A DNA stretch of 32,000 bases from Thermofilum adornatum (GCF_000446015.1 NC_022093.1:1-32000), one strand, 5' to 3'; shown: positions 1-11,400, counted from the first letter of the stretch. Numbers and translations are program-made. The notes: generated by a model not told the origin, from the sequence alone.

Positions 1-2317
<2,317 letters not shown>

Positions 2318-2324
2318 GAAACTC

Positions 2325-2337
2325 AATTTTTTTATTT
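2325..2337 (+). terminator. oligo-T tract after the oxidoreductase operon
   Basis: T7 run (2327-2333) about 10 nt after the beta-subunit stop, in the 14-nt gap before the convergent gene. Archaeal terminators are typically oligo-T runs. Confidence 0.35.
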
Positions 2338-2859
2338 GTATACAAGCCTATTTTCAACTATCTCGGCGCACTTGCTGAGCTGGTGCTCGACTACTTTTTT
2401 GCTTTCAAGTATGTGTAGGACTGTGAAGCCTCTAGCAAGAAAGTAGTCTGCAAGTATTTTCCTGTGGCACCTCCAGGGCATCCTCTCGCTACACAGGAGT
2501 GTTGCCGTCTTGCTTCTTGCTATTGATTCCACTGACTCGAGGTTGCTTTTAACGTCTTCCTTTAGGGTTATGTAGGTGGCGTAGGCCCTAAACCCCTCAG
2601 ACTCGAAGCACCAAGCAACACCGATGTCTTCCACGTCTACACCGAACTTCCTGTAGCCACCGAGAAGTGGAAACCAGTGGTACTCTATGTCCAGCTGTCT
2701 AAGGGCATATTCCAGGTTTTTCCCAGAATATTCGGGTAGCTTTCTAGATGAATTCCACCTCCTGACATCTATTACAGCTTTAATCGAGTATGTTTTAATG
2801 ATTTCAAGGAAGTCATCTAGGGCTCGGCCTCCGTAGCCGATGGTGTATAGGATCGTCAA
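2332..2859 (-). CDS. DUF488 family protein
   Basis: 'TIGYGGR' N-terminus and C-terminal 'LLCSERMPWRCHRKILADYF' (C.E....CHR) match the DUF488 signature as I recall it. Confidence 0.8.
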   Translation of the reverse strand: MTILYTIGYGGRALDDFLEIIKTYSIKAVIDVRRWNSSRKLPEYSGKNLEYALRQLDIEYHWFPLLGGYRKFGVDVEDIGVAWCFESEGFRAYATYITLKEDVKSNLESVESIARSKTATLLCSERMPWRCHRKILADYFLARGFTVLHILESKKVVEHQLSKCAEIVENRLVYK

Positions 2860-2896
2860 ATTGCACCAGTGATTCTAGCAGATGTAAAATATAGGT

Positions 2897-3949
2897 CTAA
2901 CTGTTTCGTCTAAGCCACTCTGCTATCTTTTGGGCAGCAATTTTCCCGCTCCTAATAGCTAAACCGATATTTGAGGGACCGTGCGCTACGTCTCCAGCTG
3001 CGAATAGGCCTCTGAGAGTAGTCATGTAGTTTTCGCTGATTTTTACCGAGCCATCGTGGTTGAGTTCTGCCCCTATTTGTCTTAAGCAAGGTGGTGGAGT
3101 GGGCTCCATTCCTATCGCTATGACGAGAGTATCTAGCTCGAGCTCGAACTCCGTTCCTGGAATTATCTCTGTTTTTTCACTTCTACTTGTGGTTGGCTTT
3201 ACTCTTGCCAGCCTTATTCCCCCTATGCTTGATTCCCCAATTATCTCTATGGGCTCAACATTTTCAATGAAGGTTACACCGAGGCTTTCCAAGTGCTTAA
3301 CCAAATGCCTTGCCGGTGCCAAGGTTTTCGGTCTTCTATATAAGATGACGGGCTCTGCGTTGTATTCTAGCGCCGCGAGTTCGGCTATATCTACAGCTGT
3401 TAAGCCTGCACCTATTATACCGACTTTTCCTCTAAGCTCTGCTGGAGCTCTATTGGAATATCCGAGAAGATAAGACATATAAGTGTGAATCCAACTTAGC
3501 GCATAGAATACGTTCCTCTTATCTTCTCCGCGGATATTAAGCTTTTTATCTCTCCATGTCCCAGTCGATACAAGGACAGCATTATAGTCCTCGAGCAACT
3601 CGGCCAGTCTGAGATTTCTCCCCACCTCTGTCTCAAGAAAGAAACCCACCCCCATTTTTTCCACATCCCTAATACTCTCAAAGACAGATTTCTTCGGCAA
3701 GCGAAACTCGGGAATTGCGAACACAAGCATTCCCCCTGGCTCGGGCATCTTGTCGAATATATCTACCCTGTAACCTACACATCTAAGGTTTGCCGCGGCA
3801 GAGAGACCCGCAGGACCAGCGCCTATCACAGCTACTTTTTTGTCTTCTTCTCCTTTAACAAAACCACACTGAGAGAACTTGATCTTCGAGAAACTTGTCA
3901 TATTTGTTTGTCCTTGCGAATCTATTTTCAAGTTTAAGTCTTTTCTCAT
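2897..3949 (-). CDS. FAD/NAD(P)-binding oxidoreductase, GltD/SudA-like (no N-terminal Fe-S domain)
   Basis: Two Rossmann loops ('VAVIGAGPAGLSAA', 'VGIIGAGLTAVD') and C-terminal 'LFAAGDVAHGPSN'. Met17 (nt 3901) is an equally plausible start. Confidence 0.75.
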   Translation of the reverse strand: MRKDLNLKIDSQGQTNMTSFSKIKFSQCGFVKGEEDKKVAVIGAGPAGLSAAANLRCVGYRVDIFDKMPEPGGMLVFAIPEFRLPKKSVFESIRDVEKMGVGFFLETEVGRNLRLAELLEDYNAVLVSTGTWRDKKLNIRGEDKRNVFYALSWIHTYMSYLLGYSNRAPAELRGKVGIIGAGLTAVDIAELAALEYNAEPVILYRRPKTLAPARHLVKHLESLGVTFIENVEPIEIIGESSIGGIRLARVKPTTSRSEKTEIIPGTEFELELDTLVIAIGMEPTPPPCLRQIGAELNHDGSVKISENYMTTLRGLFAAGDVAHGPSNIGLAIRSGKIAAQKIAEWLRRNS

Positions 3950-4102
3950 TTCGTGGGAACTATGCCATCACTCTACATAAGCATTCTCAATGATAAATTC
4001 AGCAGATATCCCATGAAAATTTGACAAAGCGTCATACATCTTGAACCTCGACCATTTCTACTCGCCACACAAATCTTCCGTTAAATCTGACCGACACCCT
4101 AT

Positions 4103-4522
4103 TTAGTAATCATTGTTTTCGTCAGAAATATATTCATCAATGTATCTTCGCCTCTTATAGAGCATAACAGCCGCTATGTGGGTACATATGTTTTTTCTGC
4201 GTGTCCACCCGAATGGCGCATTGTAGCAACTACACTCGTATTTGTCTCCCACTTGGGTGACAAGATAGTATGCCTTTTTGTCTCCAAGCTCAGGGACACC
4301 CTTGACTAGCCATGTATGTCTTGACTGTTCCTCCACTGTTGCGAGGAGGTAGCGTGTAACCGCTCTCTCCAGCCATTGCTCTTTGGGGAAAACTTGATAT
4401 AGCTGTCTTATTGCCTCACTGAGAGAGTCCGTCTTTGCTGTTTCTAGCGAATCCTTGACTAATTTCTCTGCCTGTCTAAGCGTCTCTCTGACTTCTTGTC
4501 TAGAGGGATCCCTTCTTCTCAT
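4103..4522 (-). CDS. SWIM zinc-finger protein
   Basis: 'YECSCYNAPFGWTRRKNICTHIAAV' fits CxCx13CxH, the SWIM zinc-chelating signature. The gene starts 9 nt after the upstream radical SAM stop. Confidence 0.7.
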   Translation of the reverse strand: MRRRDPSRQEVRETLRQAEKLVKDSLETAKTDSLSEAIRQLYQVFPKEQWLERAVTRYLLATVEEQSRHTWLVKGVPELGDKKAYYLVTQVGDKYECSCYNAPFGWTRRKNICTHIAAVMLYKRRRYIDEYISDENNDY

Positions 4523-4531
4523 GAGGCTCCC

Positions 4532-5383
4532 TCATAGGTATTGGGTAATCTTATTTTGGCGTGGTTTTTCTTCTTTGGGGAAGGCGGCTTCACACTCTAC
4601 AAAGTATTTTCTACACAAATCTCGGATCCTGTCTTCGACTGTGGTTATCCAAGTTGTGCTAGAGGACAACATGTTTGGAAACTTTTCGATGAGTGGCATC
4701 ATGGACTCCCTTATCCCTGGCTTTAGGTGGAGATAGTCATAGTAGACCTTGGAGCTTGTCTCTGCAGCTAGCCTAACTATTTCCTCGAGGTTTGCCCTTG
4801 TATCGTTTAAGCCACGGATAATTGGCCCAATAAATATCCATGTAGGTATTCCTGCTGTGCTGACCTCTCGTAGAGCCCTGGCGCGCTGATGTGGTGGCGG
4901 AGCGTTTGGCTCTATAAGTTTTGCGAGCTGGGGATCCAGCGTCGTTATGGTGAAGCCAACGTCTACATGGGGGATGTGGTTCTTCAATATGTCTATGTCC
5001 CTCGTGACCAATGGGGACTTTGTCTGCACGCTGACCTTGAAGCCGCTCTGCAGTAGGATTTGCAGGCCCCTCCTGGTGAGCCCCTCAGTGGCCTCGATTG
5101 GCTGGTAGGGGTCTGTAAGTGTTGACACGCCGACTGTTCCTCTGGGCTTCTTTTTTACTTCTTCACTGAGTACTTCGAGAATGTTCTCCTTTATGTAGAC
5201 TATTTTGCCCCAGTTCAGAGACACTTCATCGTACCTGGTGTATGCCCTAGCATAACAGTATATACAGCCATGAAGGCAACCCACGTATGGGTTATATGCA
5301 TAGTCGAGGTCGTAGAGTCCTGACCTGGAAAGGGCTGTCTTAACCTTTATCTTCTTATAGGTAACCTTGTCCACGCTGTCCAC
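4532..5383 (-). CDS. radical SAM protein, SplB/'DNA repair photolyase'-like (COG1533-type)
   Basis: 'NPYVGCLHGCIYCYARAY' carries the CxxxCxxC radical SAM cluster in the context typical of spore-photoproduct-lyase-like proteins. The C-terminus is 'QNKITQYL'. The gene starts 4 nt after the nre stop. Confidence 0.85.
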   Translation of the reverse strand: MDSVDKVTYKKIKVKTALSRSGLYDLDYAYNPYVGCLHGCIYCYARAYTRYDEVSLNWGKIVYIKENILEVLSEEVKKKPRGTVGVSTLTDPYQPIEATEGLTRRGLQILLQSGFKVSVQTKSPLVTRDIDILKNHIPHVDVGFTITTLDPQLAKLIEPNAPPPHQRARALREVSTAGIPTWIFIGPIIRGLNDTRANLEEIVRLAAETSSKVYYDYLHLKPGIRESMMPLIEKFPNMLSSSTTWITTVEDRIRDLCRKYFVECEAAFPKEEKPRQNKITQYL

Positions 5384-5387
5384 TTTT

Positions 5388-6626
5388 TCACCTCCCCTGT
5401 AAGGATCTCGTCAAGTAACTGAGTAGTGTCTCCTGCCTCGTGAGGTCCCTGATAAGCCTGGATTTTTCAAGCCAAACGTGAAGAGGTAGCCTGGTTGCTC
5501 TTCCAAGCCTCTCGAGAACCTCGCTTAACGAGTCGAATCTTTCGGGCGTTGTCCTGTAGAGCTGTCGAACATTCTCCCTTACAAACCAAACCCCTATGGG
5601 CGAGAAGAAGCCCTCATATATCTCCCTTATGAGTATAGCTGTCCCCTGCCTCTTTTCCCTAAGCATGTACTCGGCTGTTGCAAGCCTCGCAGCGTAGTAG
5701 CAACCTCCTAGACTGGCATACGTGGTTCTGCCCCTGTAGCCCTCATGGTCCCCTTCAACCTCTATTATGCTGGAGGGATTCCACATTGTGTGGGGGAACC
5801 AGGCCTCTATCCACTCGTAGCTCCATTCACGGGGCACAATTATCGCGATGAAGTTGTTGTCCTCGTGTCTCCACTGGAAAAACAAATAGCTCGAAAAGGT
5901 ATCATACTCCTTTATCTTCTCGATAAGCCTCTGAGAAATAGTCGAGTCGACGGCCGTTATAGACCACCTAGTTGGGACAAGCCTCCTCTGGAAGCCATAC
6001 CCAAGCGAGCCAGTGGAAAGCATTCTCTGGATCTGGCTAACAGGGACGCCCGACTCGTAGAGATACATGATTGCATCTGACGCCTTTATGTCGAGAGAGT
6101 AATACATCTTCTCGACTGGCCTGGGAAGCTTTGGCTCGCCGCTAACCCGTATCCTCTCCACGGGGCTTGCTGGGCCGAGGGGTGGAGAGAAAAGGTCCAA
6201 CAATGCTTTTAGGCTTGGCTTCCTGGAGAGATTCAGCTCTACCTCTACTGGTTCCCTAGAGATAGATGCAAGTCTAACCTCTTCTGGGACGTCTGCCCGT
6301 CGCACATCTACGCTCGTCTCTCCCCGTATCAATGAAAGCCTCATCCTAAGTATCTCTGAGAGAGGCTTCTCGAGCCATTTCTCCTGGGCCTCATAGAAAG
6401 ATGGGTCTCCGCCCGTAGCTGGGACACCGATGCTAAATCTTACCTTTGGATAGCCCTGCCTCCCAACAAACACTGTTGGCGGGGTCGGACCCTCAAGCTC
6501 GGTTGTTTCTGGAAGCCTGACGTCATTTAGCGCTTTCCAGTAGCTCATTAGGGGGCAGAAAGCCTTCCCGCACAGGTTTTTCGCCCCCCTACATTTGAGG
6601 CACAGAGCCGCGGCCCTCGAGGACAT
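5388..6626 (-). CDS. Nre family protein (archaeal DUF650/DUF651, putative DNA repair factor)
   Basis: N-terminal 'LCLKCRGAKNLCGKAFCPL' followed by 'VFVGRQGYPKV' matches the Nre N-terminal domain signature as I recall it. 'QETLLSYL' lies 7 residues from the C-terminus. Confidence 0.75.
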   Translation of the reverse strand: MSSRAAALCLKCRGAKNLCGKAFCPLMSYWKALNDVRLPETTELEGPTPPTVFVGRQGYPKVRFSIGVPATGGDPSFYEAQEKWLEKPLSEILRMRLSLIRGETSVDVRRADVPEEVRLASISREPVEVELNLSRKPSLKALLDLFSPPLGPASPVERIRVSGEPKLPRPVEKMYYSLDIKASDAIMYLYESGVPVSQIQRMLSTGSLGYGFQRRLVPTRWSITAVDSTISQRLIEKIKEYDTFSSYLFFQWRHEDNNFIAIIVPREWSYEWIEAWFPHTMWNPSSIIEVEGDHEGYRGRTTYASLGGCYYAARLATAEYMLREKRQGTAILIREIYEGFFSPIGVWFVRENVRQLYRTTPERFDSLSEVLERLGRATRLPLHVWLEKSRLIRDLTRQETLLSYLTRSLQGR

Positions 6627-6727
6627 CTACTTCTAACCTTATGTTTATTGTTGGGTGTTTTAAATAAATCTACAAGTAGACTGAAAGTAAACAAATATTT
6701 GACTAAAAAGTAAAACATACATTAGAG

Positions 6728-7870
6728 ATGCCCTACAGCAAACTTTGGACAGCAGAGAAAACATGTAAACTATGCGGGAAAAAATCCAAGCTGATATCTG
6801 AAGCCATAGGAGTATGCGTGGACTGCCTGAGAAGCAACCCCGAAGCCCTAAAGATAGCAATGGAGACACATTACTCTGAGAGAAAAAAGTGGGGCTTGCC
6901 ACCTGAGCCTCCAAGGGCACCTGGAGGCATAAAATGTGGGCTATGCGACCTCGACTGTGTAATCCCAGACGGCGGTCTTGGCTACTGCGGGCTCGTAAAG
7001 AACGTTGGGGGCAGACTTGTCCACCTTTCTGGACAGCCATACACAGCCCTGCTAGAGTACTACTACGACCCCCACCCAACAAACTGTGTAGCCTACTGGT
7101 TCTGCCCTGGGGCAACTGGTACAGGTTATCCCAAGTACGCCTTGAGAAGAAGCGGGGAACACGGATACATGAACCTTGCAGTTTTCTACGGCGCCTGCAA
7201 CCATAACTGTCTCTTCTGCCAGAACTGGTTCTACAGGGAACTCTTAGCCAAGAAGGAGCCAAAGATAGGCACCGAGCAACTCCTCAAGGCCGCCTTAAAC
7301 CCCAGGGTAACATGTGTCTGCTTTTTCGGCGGAGACCCTGGGCCACAAGTTCTTCACGCCATTTATTTCTCTAGGAAGTTGCTAGAGGAGTCTAAAAACA
7401 CGATAATGAGGATATGTTGGGAATCCAACGGGCACTTCTCACCAAGAATTCTACCCACAGTTGCCAGGCTTTCCCTCGAGACAGGGGGCATAGTCAAGTT
7501 CGACCTGAAGGCATGGAGCCCACAAGTATACAAGGCGTTAACCGGGGTAGACGTTGGAAACCTCTACAGGAACACGGAATACGTGGCAAAGCTTTCAGGG
7601 CAGAGGCCCGAGATCCCCCTGTTCACTGCCAGCGTCCTACTAGTGCCAGGCTACATAGACGAGACCGAGATAAGAGGCATAACGAGCTTCCTCGCAAAGC
7701 TTTCGCCAGAGATACCGCTGAGCCTCCTCGCATTCTACCCTAGATACCTAATGGACGACCTGCCACCCACTAGCAAAAGACATGCATACGAGGCTCTAAG
7801 AATCGCAAAGGAAGAGGGGCTAGAAAAGGTGTGGATAGGCAACTCGTGGCTCCTTGGAAACCATTATTAA
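6728..7870 (+). CDS. radical SAM protein, pyruvate-formate-lyase-activase-like, with an N-terminal Cys4 ribbon
   Basis: 'YGACNHNCLFCQNW' CxxxCxxC motif, preceded by 'CKLCGK...CVDCLR' and 'CGLCDLDCVIPDGGLGYCG' cysteine clusters. Confidence 0.8.
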   Translation: MPYSKLWTAEKTCKLCGKKSKLISEAIGVCVDCLRSNPEALKIAMETHYSERKKWGLPPEPPRAPGGIKCGLCDLDCVIPDGGLGYCGLVKNVGGRLVHLSGQPYTALLEYYYDPHPTNCVAYWFCPGATGTGYPKYALRRSGEHGYMNLAVFYGACNHNCLFCQNWFYRELLAKKEPKIGTEQLLKAALNPRVTCVCFFGGDPGPQVLHAIYFSRKLLEESKNTIMRICWESNGHFSPRILPTVARLSLETGGIVKFDLKAWSPQVYKALTGVDVGNLYRNTEYVAKLSGQRPEIPLFTASVLLVPGYIDETEIRGITSFLAKLSPEIPLSLLAFYPRYLMDDLPPTSKRHAYEALRIAKEEGLEKVWIGNSWLLGNHY

Positions 7871-7880
7871 TATGTAAGCG

Positions 7881-8114
7881 TTAAGTGAACGCGAGCTCCT
7901 TATATAGAGACTCCTTAAGCTTATGGGTATCAGTAAAGTCGTCCACGTCTACTTCTATCGAGTCGAATAGCTCAGTTAGCTTAATAGTCTCGATGGGAAT
8001 AAGCCTAATCTCGTTGCCGGTAGCTTCCACGAAAAACACTCTTGAATTAAATTTCTCTCTGATGTCTGCCGGAACCACTATTCGACCATGCTTGTCCATT
8101 TTCACGATTTCCAT
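7881..8114 (-). CDS. AbrB/SpoVT-type antitoxin-like DNA-binding protein (no adjacent toxin)
   Basis: 'MDKHGRIVVPADIREKF' is the swapped-hairpin AbrB/MazE motif. No PIN or other toxin ORF lies downstream. Confidence 0.75.
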   Translation of the reverse strand: MEIVKMDKHGRIVVPADIREKFNSRVFFVEATGNEIRLIPIETIKLTELFDSIEVDVDDFTDTHKLKESLYKELAFT

Positions 8115-8323
8115 GTGACTCTACACATTATTTCCTAAATCTACAATTAATATTTTAAACTCACTTTCTTGGGCTCAGCCCAGGATGCATTCTCACAGAA
8201 AGGCTACTGGAAAAATTTTTCCTTAAGCTTAACATACTGTTTCGTTCTCCTACATCTGTAAACAAGAGACTAAGGACAGTCCCAATAAATACGTCATTAA
8301 TCTCACGCATAGGGTTTAGCATC

Positions 8324-8788
8324 TTAGAATTGCTGGCAGATCTCTTCCCAAAAAGCTACACCAAGTTTCCTCAGCTCGTTCTCGTATGGTGCCATCTCTG
8401 TTTCTCTCTTCAAGAATAGAGGAGTTGCCTGTCTATGCATGCCAACAGCGATGACATAAATGTCAGAGAGAGCCATCTTAAACTTTTTCCTAAGCTCTCC
8501 AGCCAACACGGCTACTTCTCTGCCTATTGTTTCTAGCTCCACGCCCGGCAAAGCGAGCAACCACCTAACTAGCTCTAGAGCTTCCCTATTTGCGTCCTGA
8601 ACACCAGCCTCACTATACATTCTGGAAGCCACATATATGACCTCGCTTATAGTGACAGGAGACACGTATGCCCTTACCGCGCCTGCCCGCAAGAAATCAA
8701 AAAGCTTGTCTACTTGGAATGGCGAAGCCTCATCGACATACTCAGCAATCACACTAGTATCCAGAACGAAGACCCTCCTCGAGTTCAA
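8324..8788 (-). CDS. vapC: PIN-domain ribonuclease (VapC toxin)
   Basis: 'VFVLDTSVI', 'SEVIYV' and 'LSDIYVIA' supply PIN acidic residues. The listed ORF reaches 8845, but that would overlap vapB by 92 nt. A TTG at 8788 (MNSRRVFVLDTS) is a more plausible start; the exact start is uncertain. Confidence 0.8.
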   Translation of the reverse strand: MNSRRVFVLDTSVIAEYVDEASPFQVDKLFDFLRAGAVRAYVSPVTISEVIYVASRMYSEAGVQDANREALELVRWLLALPGVELETIGREVAVLAGELRKKFKMALSDIYVIAVGMHRQATPLFLKRETEMAPYENELRKLGVAFWEEICQQF

Positions 8789-8996
8789 GTTCCTCCCTCT
8801 TAGCTTCCCTGACAATTTCCTGCGCCTTACCGCCAAGCTTGACACGTAGAGGCCTCAAAGGCTTAATAACCATCGTGTCATCGATTAGCTCGAGCGTAAG
8901 CAGATCCCCTTCTTTAATGCCTAAAACCTCCCTCACCTCTACTGGTATAACAATAACCCCCTTCTTACTAACACGTATAATCCTACCACTCATCAT
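8754..8996 (-). CDS. vapB: AbrB/SpoVT-type antitoxin (VapB)
   Basis: 'RVSKKGVIVIPVEVREVLGIKEGDLLTLE' AbrB-fold motif, directly upstream of and overlapping the PIN gene. Confidence 0.8.
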   Translation of the reverse strand: MMSGRIIRVSKKGVIVIPVEVREVLGIKEGDLLTLELIDDTMVIKPLRPLRVKLGGKAQEIVREAKREELELEEGLRSGY

Positions 8997-9155
8997 TGTC
9001 TGATCATTATTTATAGTTTAACGTTATAAAGGTTTTCAACCATTTACATCCCGTGACAACACTAAATATCCTCATCTACAAGTCTCGAAGAAAACTTCCT
9101 CAAATGTTTGGGATTTTTCTATAATCTTTTCTAGCCTCTACCACTGGGCTCCACT

Positions 9156-11138
9156 TTAATGTGAAGCAGGTATATTGACGTTTACAAGCGAGGAGATCAC
9201 TGTCTCGTAGGCCCTTACAAGTAGCTTTTCATAGGCGTCGTAGTCTGGGAGAATAGTCCCAGTGCCCGGCACCCTTACGCGGAGGTGGGGGCTCGACTTT
9301 GGATGTTTTGCTAACACAAAACATACCTTTGACCCCTTCCCGGACACGCCTGCCTGCTGGGCTGCAACAACGTGCATGGCCTTGACCTTGTACTTTTCCC
9401 TTCTAAGAGTCTTCTCTATCAAGAGCTCCTCCACCGGGACCAGCCCGCTACGTAGCCTCTCGACCTCCCTCTTCAGAAGCTCCTCGGCCGCTGACAAGGC
9501 CCCGTCTACGCCGGACTTCTCGAGCGTGCTGAAGACTGTCTCCACGAGCCTTGCCTGGAAGCTCCTGACGAATGGCGGGTAGTCGCTCCTAGCCGCCTCG
9601 ACGCCCTTAAACACGTATTCGCCCTCAGCCGTGACGCCGAAGTACCTCTTTACGGGTGACGCACGCGTGGTCTTCGCCTCTGGGAAAGCTATAAACCTGA
9701 ACAGCTTGTCGACCTTTATCGGCATACCGTACTTCTCGGCTATCTCTCCTGCAAGCTCCTCGTAGTCGCTCCGCGAGGCGCCGTCCCTATAGACAAAGAC
9801 GCTGTCCGTGTCGCCGTAGATGACCGTGTAGCCCTTCTCCCTCAGGAGCCCGTAGACCCCCAGCATGACTCTCCTGGCGAGCCTGTTTATCCACTCGAAC
9901 GTCAACGGGTTCCCGAGCCTGTTATAATTGTTACCACTGTACCCATAGCTAGAGACCAGTATCATCTTGAGCTCCTTCTGCCTCTGGTCTGCAAACCTCT
10001 TTGCGTCTCCAGAGAGCTCCCGGGCCATATGCTTAAACCTGAGCCTACGCTCAAGCAACGGCTCAACAACGTCCACGAGTATCCCCCTAGGCTCCCTGGC
10101 GACCCCGCCGAGCGAGACAGTCTCATAGCTGATATTGTACCTAACAATCAAGTTGGGAAACATAGACTCAAAGTCTAGCTCCGCGACGTTCCCATATATC
10201 CCCGTTACCGGCTGGTATATGAGCCCTCCCCTGTCGCCCCTGTGGAGCTCAAGCATTGTCCTCACGTGGACGTTCCTATGCCTAGCCCTGGGCACAGCGT
10301 AGCCCCTCCTAAGCAACAGGTAGACCTGCCTAGCGTCAATCAGCCTGCCATAGCTTGTCATACCCGCCAGGGTCGGAGACAGCCCCGTAGCCCTACACCT
10401 CTCCTCGAGGCCAGCGAGCCCTATGCCGTCCAGCAGACCCCTCTCGACGAATATCCTCCCCTCGAGGACGCCGTCTCCCCTCCCAAGCCTAAACCAGCCG
10501 TGGCGCCTCCTAACCCCAATAGCTAGCTTGCGAAGCTCCTTCACAGGCATATTCACAGCTACAACGTCGGGGTCAAGCTCCTTGAGCACGGCGTCGAGGC
10601 CTTCAAGGATCCTAGACTCAGACCCCTCAAAGACTTTTTCGCCCCCGTTACTCCTAATGACAGCCTTAGAGAGAAAGCCCCCGCGCACGTGTAGGTCGAG
10701 ACTCACCGTCACGAGTGGGAGCGGCTCGACCCTGTCCTCGCCCTCCACGAAGAGCCAGCCGCTACGCCTATACGACCTGAGAGCCACGATTCCCACTTCA
10801 GCGAATAGCTTCTGGACGACGTTCACGTCTGAGTCGTAGCTAGTAAAACCGGCGCCCTCTACGACCTTCAGAGCCTTTTGCAGGAGCCTGCGGGACCCGT
10901 GGGAGACCCTTAGAAATGCCCCAGTCTTCCCGCCTACAAGCCTCCTCTCAACCTCCTCGACACTGAAGCCCTGATCCCACAGGGAGGCGAGGAAGCCAAG
11001 AGCGCTACTCTCTACCAGGAAGTAGTCCTCGAAGCCCCTGCGGAGAGCCTCTACGCCGCCGTCAAGCCCCCTGAGCCACAGCCTGGCCTCTCCACGCGAG
11101 ACAGAGGCGTCAACCACTACTGATTCGCTCGACCTCAT
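9156..11138 (-). CDS. family B DNA polymerase, short form with degenerate exonuclease motifs (PolB2/Dpo2-like)
   Basis: Polymerase motifs: A 'LDFESMFPNLI', B 'KMILVSSYGYSG', C 'VIYGDTDSVFV', plus 'VKRYFG'. At the Exo I position the sequence reads 'VSLDLHV' instead of FDIE-type, and no clear Exo II/III motif is seen. The 660-aa length is shorter than replicative PolB enzymes. Confidence 0.85.
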   Translation of the reverse strand: MRSSESVVVDASVSRGEARLWLRGLDGGVEALRRGFEDYFLVESSALGFLASLWDQGFSVEEVERRLVGGKTGAFLRVSHGSRRLLQKALKVVEGAGFTSYDSDVNVVQKLFAEVGIVALRSYRRSGWLFVEGEDRVEPLPLVTVSLDLHVRGGFLSKAVIRSNGGEKVFEGSESRILEGLDAVLKELDPDVVAVNMPVKELRKLAIGVRRRHGWFRLGRGDGVLEGRIFVERGLLDGIGLAGLEERCRATGLSPTLAGMTSYGRLIDARQVYLLLRRGYAVPRARHRNVHVRTMLELHRGDRGGLIYQPVTGIYGNVAELDFESMFPNLIVRYNISYETVSLGGVAREPRGILVDVVEPLLERRLRFKHMARELSGDAKRFADQRQKELKMILVSSYGYSGNNYNRLGNPLTFEWINRLARRVMLGVYGLLREKGYTVIYGDTDSVFVYRDGASRSDYEELAGEIAEKYGMPIKVDKLFRFIAFPEAKTTRASPVKRYFGVTAEGEYVFKGVEAARSDYPPFVRSFQARLVETVFSTLEKSGVDGALSAAEELLKREVERLRSGLVPVEELLIEKTLRREKYKVKAMHVVAAQQAGVSGKGSKVCFVLAKHPKSSPHLRVRVPGTGTILPDYDAYEKLLVRAYETVISSLVNVNIPASH

Positions 11139-11400
11139 CCTCTAGGTCCCTCAGCCTGCGCTCTAGCTCCCTGAGCCTCCATTCGAGGTCAAGCACAGAA
11201 ACGAGGAGGAGCGAGCCGAGGAGGTACGGGTTAGGATAGTTTGTCACGGCGCCCAGCTCCTCGCCCCAGGCCTTCTTGACGTAGATGTATGCCTCCCTCC
11301 TCTCCCTCCTCAAGAGCTCGACAAACTCGGCCTCGAGCTCGTTGAGCAACTGCAGGTACTTCTCCCTGACGCTCGGGGTAGCCCTGCCCACTAGAACCAC
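11110..11400 (-). CDS. hypothetical coiled-coil protein
   Basis: GTG start overlaps the upstream stop (GTGGTTCTAG), and the 3' end overlaps the polymerase start by 29 nt. Heptad-like E/R/L-rich segments ('LEWRLRELERRLRDLEDEVERI'). No recognised domain. Confidence 0.5.
   Translation of the reverse strand: MVLVGRATPSVREKYLQLLNELEAEFVELLRRERREAYIYVKKAWGEELGAVTNYPNPYLLGSLLLVSVLDLEWRLRELERRLRDLEDEVERISSG

Noticed and set aside
6660-7262. 200-aa minus-strand ORF overlapping the 5' half of the radical SAM gene
   Set aside because: It is Arg/Ser-rich with no motifs and would span the nre/radical SAM promoter spacer. The plus-strand gene has a complete radical SAM signature.
10242-10839. Plus-strand ORFs (94 and 138 aa) inside the polymerase gene, and similar antisense ORFs at 3060-3473 and 20421-20978
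   Set aside because: These are Pro/Ser-rich shadow ORFs of the kind typical in GC-rich coding regions. The opposite strands carry recognisable domains.
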